In this document: positions 22,529 through 35,960 of the stretch, in pieces
Numbering within the stretch: position 1 is the stretch's first letter
Layout of the letters: every line of letters starts with the position of its first letter
DNA from: Azolla caroliniana
Lineage: Eukaryota > Plantae > Polypodiophyta
Assembly (NCBI GenBank): GCA_043228905.1
Contig: JBHGNT010000004.1
Span: 10,788,001 to 10,852,000 of the forward strand
DNA length: 64,000 nucleotides
Direction: 5' to 3'
Notes under the pieces: model-generated
Databases searched by the model: none
Told to the model about the DNA's origin: nothing
What the model saw: the letters and a program-made list of their open reading frames with translations, nothing else
Made by a program: the position numbers and the translations under genes

Positions 22529-24974
22529 ATGTGCTTCAACCCATGCACCAAAAAGATACGAGTGAGTAGCGAATTGTGATGTTGTATTTGACGAATCAGC
22601 ATCCTGGTATTTGGTCGACTCGGCTCCATCCGATCATCCAATCGAAACCAATTTTGATATAGACTCGGAGCAGGACAACCACAAAGGCTCACATCTGAAG
22701 AGAGTCTAGTCTCAACCAGGTTGAGTGGAGCAAAGGAGACCCTGGGCGACCAAAGCACATCGCGCTCGGGTCCGAAGATAGTCAAAGGGAAGGTCAAAAT
22801 GCCTGAGTACAAAGACTCGGAAGGAATCGAATCGGAACACTCACCCAACAATGAGTTTAGTGGTTTAGATTTGTTGGTCACACCAGGAGCTGAGAAAATG
22901 CACACAAAGACTAATGAACCACTATGTCATTCCACCTGAGAAACCGATTCGGCTACAATGACTACATGGCATATCATTATGCCTTTATGATGAAAGTGGC
23001 GACAGTTTGAGAGCCATAAACGTTTTCCGAAGCCGTGAAGGACCCACGATGGGTCGAAGCGATGAATGTGGAGATGCAAGTGCTCTCAAAAAACAAAACC
23101 TAGGATCTCGTTCCTTCTTCACCTCACCAAAAGGTGATTGGTTGTTAATGGATATTCAAGGCGAAGCACAATGCCGATGGCACCATCAATCGATTTAAGG
23201 CTCGACTTGTGGAAAAAGGATATGCACAGACACACGGGATCGATTACGAAGAGACCTTTGCCCTAGTGGCGAAGATGACTAACAGCAAAAGGTGACACCT
23301 CCACCAAATGGATGTGAAGAACGCCTTTCTACAAGGCGAATTAGACGAGGAGGTGTACATGGTGCAACCACTTGGTTTTGAGTCGAGCACGCATTCGATT
23401 GTTGTCTACCGACTCAAAAAACCTCTCTACGATCTCCAACAAGCACCGAGAGCATGACACTCGAAGATAACGCAGTATCTTCACCAAATTGGCTTTAAAA
23501 TGACCACGTCCGATAATAATTCTCTGTTCGTCTGGAATGATTCCAGAGGATAGCTGATCATTGTAATTTATGTAGATGACTTGGTCCTTGGAGAAGAGCA
23601 CCTCGAGGACATCGAACATACCAACTGACTACTCTCTGACCGTTTCGAAATGACCGATATGAAGGAGCTCCATTACTTTCTATGAATAGAAGTAATTCAA
23701 ACCCCCGACGACATCCTGATCTCCCAAAGACATTACATTCTCAATCTTCTATACAAATTTGGGGTGACAGAGTGTAAGCTCATGACTACCCCTCTCGATC
23801 GTAATCAAAAGCTTGATGCCAACTCTGGAACTTCTGAATGCGAGCCAACCCAGTACTGTCAATTGGTTGGTAGTTTAATTTACCTCACCATTACTCGACC
23901 TGACCTCAATTACCTGGTCAGCCTCCTTAGCCAGTTTATGTAGACACCTTGAAACATTCATCTAGACTGTGTTAAGCGAGTGTTACGCTATGTGAGTGGC
24001 ACGATGGATTTCAACATTCTCTACAAATATTGAACTTCGATTCAACTCGAAGGATATACCGATGCTGATTGGCCCGATTATAAAGCAGACAGACGATGAC
24101 ATCTAGGTTCGTATTCACATTTGGAAGCGGAGCTATTGCGTGGAGTAGTAAGAAGCAGCCAATAGCCGCATTGTCGAGCACAAAAGCCAAATACAAGGGC
24201 ACAACCGTCGTTGCATGTGAAGCCGTTTGGCTCAAACGATTCATGAACGATCTGGGCGTTCCTATCAAGGTCCAATTCACCTGTATTGCGATAACATAAG
24301 CAACATCCACTTGGCCCACAACCCAGTTTTCCACGCTCAGACCAACCACATTGAGGTGCACTACCAATTTATCCAAGAACGTGTATTGACTGGCCGCTAG
24401 AGATATCGACCTACAATATATTAACAGAAATATGCAAACAACCAACATCTTCACGAAAGCCCTGGGCCTTGACAAGTTGTGGCAGTTCACGACACACCTC
24501 GGTCTCTCGACCATCTACCAACCGCACTTGTGGGGGAGTACGATGGAGTAGAACAATCACGATTACCCGACTAGCCAACCGAAGCCAATTCAACCAAGCT
24601 GAAATAATCTGAAAACAAAAAGCCGAAGTCGACTCGACCAAATCGAAGACTGAACCAAACCAACTTTTCGATGTCCGAAAGTTGCGTTTGAAGGGGCGTG
24701 TTGAGAATCAAACTCAACTTCCCTAGTGTGGGAACACACCCTAGTTTGTGAACACCCCACCATCTACTATAGGCGTAGAATCTTATAGTTCTATGACACA
24801 TATTCAATGTAGTTAAGTCTTCACCTCCCCTTAGTTAAGAGGTGGTTGTAGAAAGAGAATATAAAGAGAAGGTGACTATATAAGCACATTCCCATGTTAT
24901 TTGTAATTGTTGATCATTCTTGTAATCTTTCTTTTGATAATATAGTCTTTACTTGTTTTCTGTATACTTGAGCG

Positions 24975-25005
<31 letters not shown>

Positions 25006-25011
25006 ACTTAG

Positions 25012-25057
<46 letters not shown>

Positions 25058-26352
25058 CTCTTTCGATGCACATAATCACTCTTGATTCTTTACAAAAAAC
25101 TTTTTAACCAAAAATATTGGTTTAAGCTTCCATTTTGGTCCATAACAAAACCAAAACTGAACCACAAAATCATGGTTTAAGGGCATAACTATACAAGCAA
25201 CGATATCAAAGAAGAAGAAAAGGTAAATAGATTCTAGATAAAGAAATTGATGCTCTTGACCATCCCATAGCTCATAGCTATGATGGGGACATAGCCAACT
25301 TACTATTGATGTTCTACGTGATGGATATTAAGATGATTAATACCATGGAAGAGGTAGCACAATTGTCACGATGAAAGCCTAACTAGAACCATTTGTACCT
25401 CACAACTTTAGCCTTCCAAACTCATCGTCCGTATAAAGGTAGTTAGGCCCCTTCAATATGTGTGCGATTTTAAAAGACTCTCAATCCATTGGTTGTTAAG
25501 ATCACGATAGTGCATACACTCATCATTCCCTTATGTTTTGTGAGTATTATGTTTTACGTAATAGAACCATTTAGCTTGGGCTCAGAAATTCGTGGTTTAA
25601 GCAGTTTCATAGTTCAATTAAAACATATTTGAGTTTGAGACTCCCACATCGAGCTAAACCAAAGCAAACCGTGCCAATTGCTACTTAAAAAGTCCTCAGA
25701 CACAAGTTTGTTGGGGGGAGGAGATCAACGAGAGTAGTGTAGTGTGTTTGAAGATGGCATAACGTGGGGTGGGGTGGGGTGGGGTGGATGGGGGAATATC
25801 CTCCTCCATTTCTAGTAACACCACCAAAATGAGAATTTAAGGAAAAGAGACGCCAAAATGATGCGGAAAGGGCCAGCCATTAAACCCCTCCCTCCTGCCC
25901 TTTTTCTCTTTTTCTCTTTTTGATCACAAAAAACAAAAAACAAAGGTTTCCCAGAAGGTGGTTTTCTTCTTTGACACGTGGATACGGTGGAGGGACGCTT
26001 TTTTGTTGTTGGAATACATACATATTGTATTCACACCATAAATAAAGCAAATGGTTTTTTTTATTATTTCCACGTGGACGGTGGAGAGCGTTTTCTCCTC
26101 TATTTATGTACTCCATAGATACATATTACATATTATTTAAACGAAAACCGCCTGGGAATGAACGGTACGAAAAACCAGCGGTTTTACAATCGTGGTGGTT
26201 TTCTAGCATTTCACCCCACCTCACCTCCTGCTATTATTAGCCCAAGCAGAGAAGAGAAGAGAAGAGAAGAGAAGAGAAGCAGACGGTTCTTTCTTCTTCT
26301 TCTTCTTCTTCTTCTGTACAGGTAGATATTCTCCTCTCTGTCTACTCTCCGC

Positions 26353-29300
26353 ATGTCCATGGCAGCAGAAGCTCCTTCAAACCTGGCCATGCTTGCTCCT
26401 CCTCCTCCTTCTTCTTCTTCTTCTGATTCCTGCATCTGTAGAACTTTAAGCATGACGACGAGGACGACGAGGCATCAACAGTATAACGCTTCTTCTCTCT
26501 CGTCTTCATCTCTGCTGACTCCCATCACTCATGCTACCATACGGCCGCCTTCCTTCCATGCTTCCGCTCCTCCCAAGAGCTTGGCGTCCTGTAAAGCCTT
26601 CTCTGATACTTCCTTTCTAAACACAGGAATTCTTCGTTCTCCTTCATCTTCCTCATTTCTCGCCATGCGGAGGAACTATGGATATTCTCGACGTCACATC
26701 AACACCATCTCCCCTCGTGCTGTCTCTGATTCTCGCAATGATGAAGTCTGCTTGGATCCCGACGCAGGAGATGTGCGTACGATTAAGATCATAAAGTCTC
26801 GTTTCTCTTGTTTTATTTGTTTTTCCTGCTTTCAAACTCTTTGTATTCCGTCTGCATTTCCGACATTCTTGTTCTTAGTATAAATATATTCATCAATCCA
26901 TCACGCTTGATCTCTTTCATTCACTCTCTCTCTCTCTCTCTCTCTCTCGAGCGTGATGGATTGCTGAATATATAAATATATATTTCTCATGCATTCTCAT
27001 AGTAATATTCCCTTGTCGTTCTATTCTCTAAATGTGTACTTTCAGTAGCAGACATTTGAAATTTCATTGAATTCTTGATGTCTTGACACTTAAACTACCA
27101 TTTACCTCCCGGAATGTAATTTTCTGCATTCAGATCACTTTCTTCATTTTCTTCACTACTAATCGTTGGATACTCTCTAGCTAGCTCACTTAATTGCTTA
27201 AACAATGTAGACAATCGATTCACTTCTTGACTACAATCTGTAGGAACTCCAAGGAGAAGTCTTTATGTGAGATCTATAGTAGAGGAGATTAAATTCCATA
27301 TACTGCTTAGACTGAACCAATCAACTGCCTTTTCTGCGTACATTTCTGTGACATGATTTCAAATGCATGTACAACTTGGTGATGAGCTCAGATCTCTGTC
27401 ACTTTCTCAGTTTTTTCTGCTTGGATCCCATTAATTTAATATCTCTTGCAATTTAAGAACGTGGGCCATGAAAACCTTCAATTCTTTCCAGACTTTGGAT
27501 CTTATGCATTTCTATTCTTTTCAGAGTTTTGGATCATAAACACTCGATTTTTTTTCCAAAATATTGGACCTTAAATGTTCAATTAGTTTGGATCTTGAGC
27601 ATTCTATGGTTATCAAGGTTTGGGCCTTAAAAAATGCAATCTTTTCAAAATTTAGATAAGAAACATATCAATTTCTTTCCAGAGTGTCCTTGGAATCATT
27701 CTTGGTGGTGGAGCTGGTACAAGGCTTTATCCTCTCACAAAGAAGCGGGCAAAACCTGCTGTCCCACTCGGTGCAAATTACAGATTAATTGATATACCTG
27801 TCAGCAACTGTATCAATAGCAATATTAGAATGATATATGTCCTTACACAGTTCAATTCGGCGTCACTGAATCGACACCTGTCCAGAGCATATTCAAGCAA
27901 CATGGGAGGTTACAAACATGAAGGTTTTGTTGAGGTTCTTGCAGCTCAACAAAGCCCTGAAAATCCCAACTGGTTTCAGGTATAAAAGGAGATAATTCAC
28001 TTTCAATTATGTAATTCAATAGATCTGATTTTATTTTAGACACAACTGGTTTCAGGTATTAAAGAAGTTAATTCACTTTCAATTATGTAATTTCAATATA
28101 TCTGATTTGATTGTAGACACATTCACTATGTTGTCATTTCATCGGAAATGACACTATGATATGATGTTGCAAGTATTTTAACATGTACATGAGTCTAATT
28201 CACTTATATTTTGCTTTGTGAATCCGTGCATAGGGTACTGCTGATGCTGTGAGGCAATACTTGTGGCTGTTCGAGGAACAACAGGTCATGGAATTCTTGA
28301 TCTTGGCAGGAGATCATCTTTATAGAATGGACTATCAGAAATTTATTCAAGTTCACAGGGAGACAAATGCTGATATCACGGTCGCGGCATTGCCAATGGA
28401 TGAGAAGAGGGCCACTGGGTTTGGGTTGATGAAGATAGATTCGGAAGGTCGTATTGTAGAATTTGCAGAGAAGCCGAAAGGGGACTTCTTGAGGGCAATG
28501 AAGGTTTGCATTGTTGCTATATACGCATGTACTTGCCACTATTCCGTTTTAAGAGAGATCCATCACCTGCTTCATGTTCATGTGTGGCTGATCGAAAAAA
28601 GTTAAATCATCCTTCTATACCTGTATTAGGTGGACACCACTATCCTAGGTTTAGATGAGGAGAGAGCGAAAGACCTTCCTTACATTGCAAGCATGGGTAT
28701 ATATGTTGTAAGTAAAGATGCAATGATCAAACTTTTGAGAGATGACTTCCCCCAAGCCAATGACTTCGGTAGTGAGGTTATTCCTGGTGCCACATCAATT
28801 GGCATGAAGGTAAAATTCATAAGCCATTTTGTATTCGTAGTCAAACTTTGTGGTCACCAGCTCATGTTTTCTCAGGTCCAAGCATACCTATATGATGGTT
28901 ATTGGGAAGACATTGGTACCATAGAGGCATTCTACAATGCCAATCTAGGAGTCACAAAGAAACCTTTTCCGGATTTCAGGTTTATACATCTATCCTGGTT
29001 TTTTTAAAGTTATATATTGTCCTGGTTTTTCGTATGCATGGATTCTCATGAAAGAGCCTACTATTCAGTTTCGTCTGGTGATGACAATGATGATATGTTG
29101 GAGGACTTGAGTAAACGCTGGATTTTCCTTGCAGAATTCTTTGGTCTGTTAATGAGTTTTCTTTGTGTTAGTAATGAAAACATTTTGAACTACTTTTTAG
29201 GGCAGCTCTGGTTGAAACCTTTAGTTACTTGTTTGAATATGTACTATGTTTTTAGCATTAACGTTTTCCAAAATTATAGTAAATATAGCAAATATAAAGC

Positions 29301-31942
29301 TCTTAGTAGTACAAACATGTTGAACTACTCTTTTGGGCAAATTTGGTTGGAACCTTTGGTTATTTGTTTCAGTAAGGATGATGTTTCTAGCATTTAACTT
29401 TTTCCAAAATTATGATAAATATAGAAGATATGAAACTCCTTAAATAATGAAATACTAACTCGTAAATAATAAGAAACAAGACAGCATTTCCTTGTCTAGC
29501 ATGGTATTTTGTTTACTCAAGTGGTTTTTGTTCTCAGTTTCTATGACAGATCTGCCCCAATATATACACAACCAAGATTTCTTCCACCATCTAAGGTGGT
29601 TGATGCGGATGTCACTGACAGTGTTATAGGTGAAGGATGCCTGATAAAGGTAATTATTATTCAGCAGAATGCTATGTGGTAGAATGTTCATTTTATCAAA
29701 CAAATGTTTGGAGGCCAGAGTGGCCTAAGAGATCCAAAGCAACACAACATTATGTGATATTTTATCGATACAAAAAAGAAAACGCTCATAGAGTGAAAGC
29801 TAAAACAAAAAGTGAAACCAAAATGAAAAATATAAAGCTATTTCTTTAGTATAGATAGAACAATAATAAAAGCTATGTCTCACAAGATTAGTCATCCCAA
29901 AGCATCTGAAAGTGGTTGACATCATCCCAATATGGGACAACACAACCTATGAATCTGAAAGTGGCTATTGACATCATCCCCATTTTTCTAAGAGCCCCAC
30001 TGGGACAGTGTAGTATATTGTATGTATATATGTGCGGCATCATCTTTATCTTCTTAAAAACATAAGCAACATGCCTTGCTATTAAGGCTGTCTGTATAAG
30101 GCTTTCTGTATGTCTTGTCTATGGCTGCTACTGGCATTGAGACTATGCTTGTATTTGCCAAAGGTTCCAAGTATATTCATGAGGAGCCTCAATGTGGCTT
30201 TGTCATCCATATCTACCAATGTGGGCTGCGTACCTAGGATTGATTCTGATTCTTGACTACCTATGGATCTCTAGCAGGAAATACCTGTAGAAGGTTAGAT
30301 TGTTATGTCCAGCCATTGGATGTGTACTAGTAAGAATGTGGGATTGTCCCATTTAAACCTTTCACTGATATATAGGTTATTTTCCTTATTTGGGATACAT
30401 CAAGTGCGCTCATATGCCTGTTCCTTCCACCTTGGGCAACATGTCATGGTGAGAACCTACACAAGTATGTCTATATACTGTTGTGGTTTGGGCTGGTTGT
30501 ATGTGGTGCTGGTGCCTAATTGGGAGCTAACCCACCAACATTTGGCTCCAGAACTCTTGGCGTTCATTACTTGCATATGTAAGTGCTGTTCCATGTCACA
30601 TAGGAAGGTTAGTTTTGATATGATTGCGTTCACAATATGCATACAGAAAGGGATATGACACTATGTAGGCTTTTGATATTGTGGAAAAGGAATCCATCAC
30701 AGAATGGTATTGTGACTCTTGGGATACGCCGTTGGAGTTGAACTATCTAACATGCATGGCCCAATGATGAATTATTTCTTATTGCTGTTGAAAAAGTGGG
30801 CAATAAGGATTCAATCACGATGCACTGTTCTCAGTCAACACAACTGCAAGCTATGTGGGGATGCAACCTTGGACGAGGCTACTGTTTTCTTACTGAAAAA
30901 TCTGGTCTCTGTGATGGTGTCTCATAAGAATTTCAAGTAATTGGTAGCATGTAATAGCTATGTGGAGGCAACCTTTGATAAGCTCACCAGTTTTTATTAC
31001 AAAATTGGTCTGTATGATGGTAATACAAAGAATTTTAGCCTCTTGAGTGGCCCACCAATTCCAGAGGTTAAGTGATGAATTATAGACCAATCGGCTACTT
31101 GGTAACCAAAAAACTGTGTTGAGAAAATTAGCAGGTGGATGAATTATAGACCAATTGGCTACTTGGTAACCAAAAAACTGTGTTAGAGAAAATTAGCAGG
31201 TGTTTCTGACCTTTTGCTGTATGTATGAGAAAATTATATTGCCATTGCCATTTAGCAGATTTCTCAAACCTATCTTTTACCATGGTTTCTTTAAATTAGT
31301 GCTCTTTATGTGCAATTAATATAATTGTGTGTTTTTAACGTAAGGTGGGATAGAGAGAATTTTACTGCAGAATTGTAAGATACACCACTCTGTGATTGGA
31401 CTGCGATCATGGATCTCTGAGGGGGCAATAATTGAGGATGCATTATTGATGGGTGCAGATTATTATGAGGTATATGGCAACTTCAATCTATGGATCTAGA
31501 AACTATCTAAAAATCCAGTCTTTTGTACGCAGGCTTTAGTGTCTGTATTTATGGTTATAGTGTATAGGATGCATTCCCGTTTCTGAACAAATTGAACTTT
31601 TGGTTGAATGGTTCCCCAAAAGACCAAAGAGCAGCGAGAAGCTGTCATAGCCAGTGGTGGTGTTCCTGTTGGCATTGGTCGTAACACACACATCAAAAGG
31701 GCCATTATTGACAAAAATGCTCATATAGGAGACAATGTGAAGGTTGGTTTTATGTTTTAGAATGTTCTAGTATCATTTCAGGTTTCCGATGATTTATCTT
31801 CCTTTTCACTGTTGTTGATTTTCAGATCATTAATAGAAATGAAGTGCAGGAAGCTGCTAGAGAAAGCGAGGGGTATTTCATCAAGTCAGGGATTGTAACT
31901 GTTATAAAAGACGCTGTTATCCCATCAGGCATGATCATTTAA
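26353..31942 (+). CDS. APS1: ADP-glucose pyrophosphorylase small subunit, plastid-targeted, ~572 aa. Exons: 26353-26772, 27683-27979, 28234-28503, 28630-28809, 28876-28979, 29538-29649, 31371-31469, 31623-31742, 31826-31942
   Basis: Ser-rich transit peptide, [85 protein letters not shown]. All introns are GT-AG and the exons sum to 1719 nt in frame. Confidence 0.96.
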
Positions 31943-33482
31943 ACACGTAACAACCCATTATAGCCCCCTTTTGTATATGGGCGAGCTTACATCCACTGGA
32001 AAACATGAAAGAAAGCAAATAATGATGATGAGAGTGGATTCGAGCATATAGATGGATGATATATAGCTTTACTATTATACATGAGATGCCAGAGGTTTGA
32101 ATGGGAGATGTGATCATGACTGATTACCAGACATACATATGAGAGATTTCATCTTTGTTTTCAGTGATGGAATTGAATTAGCTTTAGCTTTTCAACCCTA
32201 TGTATATGATCCCATCTATGGATTTTGCCAAAAAAGCAATAATGAGTCATGCTCAGTTCATATGTTTGTTGGATTAGAATCAACCTATCTCGGACATGTG
32301 TCATGGAGTGTTTCAAGAAATTGTTTTCTTTTGTGTCTACTATTTGTATTTCATCAAGTTTGGTAGTCTAGGGTGCATAAGAAAGAAAGCTACAATCGAC
32401 TCTTTTAAGAAGCCATGTATAGTAATTCGTTAGTAATTGATCTAATGGAAACAAAGTGAATGAACGATGTAAAGATAATTTATGGGTCAAATTTACCACA
32501 GGCTGCCAGAATAAAAAATTAGTAATAAAAAATAATATTTAAGTGTAGTTATAGTTCATGTAAAGATAATGAAATTGAATGCGTGTAGCGGATTGAACAA
32601 ACAGTTAACAGAATGGCAATGCATGAAGTGATGATGAGAAGACATTTCATGAATCAATCACTATAAGAGATTTTGCAAAGGGATCATACAAAACACATGA
32701 TAATATCATGCAAACAATTCACCAGATCCGTTGAATATAAGAAATTATTTCTTGCAACTCATAATTGGAAATGCACCTTCCTTTGTTCAAGACCTTGGTG
32801 GACCCATTTTAGTAGCACATGAACGCATGAAATTATGTGACATCTTTGATGAACATAACATGAAAGACCGGCATAGGAGAATTGTGATGCCACTTGAAGA
32901 TATTGCTCAATGATGTCCATGATGACTAATCTTGTGACATGGGAGAAAAATACAATCTGTCTTAATTCGACCATTGAGAAAATGGTAGGTTCATATGGAT
33001 AGATAGTTTTGCCGTAACATCAATCCATTCCTTGAGTTACAAGCGACAAGCCAAAATTGGGAAATGTTCGAAAGAATACTACTAAAAAAATATAACTTTG
33101 TAACTTTGATGATTGTTGGCCGGTGGGACAAGGTGTGAAAAGGAGATAGAAGGAGCCGAGCACAAACAACGAAATAAAGGGAGGCGAGTATTTAAAATGA
33201 CTGTAACTAACCATGCTCCCCAAAAATAGGAAAGCATATAATCTTATATAAGGAATGTGTGAATGAGAAGAGAAAGAAAGATAGAAAGAAAGATACATTA
33301 ACGGCTTCTAAGGCCAAGATTGGCCCGTGAGACAGTTGGTTTACAACAAAATGGGTATTTATCCAATCATCAAAACTAAAATAAAATAAAGTAAAAATAG
33401 AACTTTAAGCTAAAAGAGTTCTAGTAGTGTACAAAACGTGGTATACTCAATAAAAGGAAGTGACTTTGCACTAAGCCTAATT

Positions 33483-34350
33483 TCATTTCCACCCAAGCCT
33501 CTCGAAAAGAAGTGGGAGGTCAAAGGGTTTTGGTGTGGGTGTGACCCATGGTCTCAGTGTATAGAGTGCCCCAACCATGGCTTCTAGGCAGTGTAGCTCA
33601 CGTTCCCTTATTTTCTTTATTGCTTCTACGCCACTTCGAGTTGCTTTGAAACCCGACATCTGAGGGCGTTTGGTTCTTCTTTGGTTTTTTGCTTCATCAA
33701 GGAAAAGGCCGAGTGGTGCAGGTGTGTCGACATTCGTTGTCTCCCCTTGTTCTTGAAAAACTTCATTTGTTACATGTTGGTGAACATTAGCAACATTATT
33801 GTCAACATTTTGTAACTTATTCTCTCTGTGTTGTTTTAGTTGTAGGATATATCTGCCTAATTTCTTTATATCTAGAGTATCTAATAGTTTGGGGAGGGTG
33901 GGAGAGGAACCAAGTATGTCTTGGTATTTTGCCCTTATCTCGGCATAGGTGGGACACTTGCATGTAAAGTGGTACTCATCCTCTATCTCTATGTGGCATA
34001 ACCTACATATCCTTTCCTCCCTAGGGACTCCATTAGTATGACCATTCTCAATCTCAAGTTGGTGAGATGATATTCTAAGTTGTCCAATGGCAACCCTTAG
34101 TGCATGTGGTAAGAATACATCTAGATATTTTGGCAGCGTAATAAAACCTAACTTCGAGAAGTGCATGAAGTGTTCTTTATAGTACAAGATTTTTGATGGG
34201 AGTGGCTCTAGTAGGGTGATCCATTTATACTGAGTGTAAATTTGCCATATTTCTTGGCGTATTACTTTATTGTGGTCCTCATGAGAGATTAAAGTGTTAC
34301 GAATCATGTGGTTGTACCTAAGGGAAGGGAGGTTATTAATGTCTAGACCG
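33483..34350 (-). mobile_element. 5'-truncated non-LTR retrotransposon (LINE) C-terminal fragment
   Basis: ORF 33483-34307 contains LRISSHQLEIENG...ERICRLCH..IEDEYHFTCKC, the CCHC finger found downstream of LINE RT. Confidence 0.82.
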
Positions 34351-34359
34351 TTCGCAAGA

Positions 34360-34362
34360 AGT

Positions 34363-34412
<50 letters not shown>

Positions 34413-34890
34413 TATTAGTAGGCAAGAAGTGTAAAAGAGGGAGTGAGAGTAACTGCTATAGCGATAGTCGATGGGTACTTGTATTTGTATGTATTCATAA
34501 TCAAGTATTATTTCTTGTGGGGTAATCTTGTGTGCTAACGTGTAATCTAAGTATATGCTTTGTGTGTAATCGCGAGCATGTATATGTTGTAGCGGATTTG
34601 ACGGGAGATCTGTTACTGTGTTCCCTAAGAAGTTCTAAAGAGTTGTCTGCATCCCCGAGTGTCGTGCGGATAAGATGAGCTCGGGGATTCACCGGGAGCA
34701 TTATTGAGACACCCCTTGGGGCAGAGTTACCTCTCCTAACTTTCGTATTCGACTAAGTGTATAGCCGACAGGACGATCCGAGGTCCCTTCCTTCCTACTA
34801 CAATCACCTTGGTCCGGTTACTCAGAGGTAGTAACCGAGAGTGTGTTCACCTCCAGGAAGGGGTAACACAATTTGGCACACTCAGTTCAA
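34360..34890 (+). mobile_element. Probable Tat-like LTR remnant with PBS-like site
   Basis: (GA)n, U5-like stretch ending ...ggtaacaca, then att TGGCACACTCAGT (Arg-type PBS-like). Confidence 0.4.
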
Positions 34891-34952
34891 GCTGTGAGTA
34901 CACAACAAACACGCGAAAGAGAAAGACCTAGTTGCCGTAACAACGCGGCCTA

Positions 34953-35238
34953 GGGGAATGGGAATAGTTAGTTGTGTCCTTGACATAACTAATTAGCTAT
35001 GCAAAAAGGTACATGTAATTTGCATATTTTGGAAATTTTAGGGGTTATCAGAATTTGATCTCAAATAAAGACCGACTAAAATGTGGACCTTAAATGGTAA
35101 TATTTCCCTCCCCATAATAAATGATATGTATCTTTAAGATTTTCACACTAAATATTAGCAAACAAAACAACTATTTAGCTGTGGTCATTTTAGCTACATG
35201 TTAGCTATAATAGTATTTCCATTCACATGCTTTCACCC
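34953..35238 (-). mobile_element. MITE-like non-autonomous derivative of the TIR transposon at 45361-55908
   Basis: Right end ...ataatagtatttccattcacatgctttcaccc matches the reverse complement of 45361-45445. Left end tgtccttgacataactaattagctatgcaaaaag matches the reverse complement of 55840-55885; its TIR tip is lost. Confidence 0.8.
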
Positions 35239-35559
35239 AAATACGTACTTGGATAGCGTCCCGACGTACAGAACAAGAAGAAAGTGTGACCAAATCCGCT
35301 CACTAAGCAGCCTCTCCCGGAATCGGAAGCTTGGTCAGTAGCGCTCCCCGACCTAGTATTGATCATCGACAATAGCTATGAGGTCGAACATCCCGATGAC
35401 AGCAGCCCGCCTCGGGGGATATCGGAGGATTCAGAAGTAGACACAATGCCTTACCCATATCTAAGATACAACGAGGAAGCCGACGTGGAGGCGCGCGTCC
35501 GTGCTGCCGTGGACGGTTCCGGCTACTAGGTGTTAAGAATCGTTCTCGGCCACAATCGA

Positions 35560-35960
35560 GATCCAAACACACAATGGAAGAAACAATAGAAATGAAGGTT
35601 GAACACTTACAGGAGAAGATAACACTGTATGTTAACGTGGAAAACCTTGAGGGGAAAAACCATGGGAGTTAGCAAACTCCAAACAAGATCACTATGGGAG
35701 AGAGGTAGTATACAATGAGAGACTCAGAGGCAACAACCTCGAGCTCTATATCTTTGCCAACCGACGGTTACAACAGATACAACTTCTTGTATCTCTTCTC
35801 TCTCTCTCTCTCTCTCTATCACACACACACACACACTTTCTGTACAACGACTAACAACTACAACTACTACCATAACCAATAAATTTTGCCCTAATTATTT
35901 ATACTCATATAACTTTCGGTCTATTTACAATTATAGCCTCAACAGGCGCATGGGAAACAT
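35560..35960 (-). repeat. Partial LTR of the Tnt1/Tork-like family seen at 21460-21870
   Basis: Shared blocks tgtaaatag..gtataaata..ttagggcaa, tgtaaccgtcg..gagctcgaggt..gcctc and ggttttccacgt. Confidence 0.7.

Larger units (their letters stand above)
18544..25094 (+). mobile_element. Decayed full-length Ty1/Copia element with nested insertions
   Basis: LTRs at 18544-~18900 (3' end and PBS missing) and 24699-25094; AAAAA TSD. Gag 18961-19707, GAG-pre-integrase (LWHKRIGH), integrase, RT (YVDD) and RNase H (WSSKKQ) remnants with stops. Confidence 0.92.

Noticed and set aside
20846-22533. 14-bp TIR CACATTGTCATGAA suggesting a CACTA-like element
   Set aside because: No TSD lies outside it. The extra symmetry is largely explained by a decayed palindromic ACGT TSD around a TG...CA LTR.
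26248-26315. (GAGAA)n / (TTC)n possible hairpin upstream of APS1
   Set aside because: The periods differ (5 versus 3), pairing is poor, and such microsatellites are common in plant 5' regions.
29000-31210. Short ORFs and tandem duplications (~135 bp at 29180-29450; ~64 bp at 31073-31201) in APS1 introns
   Set aside because: Ordinary intronic duplications with no coding signal.
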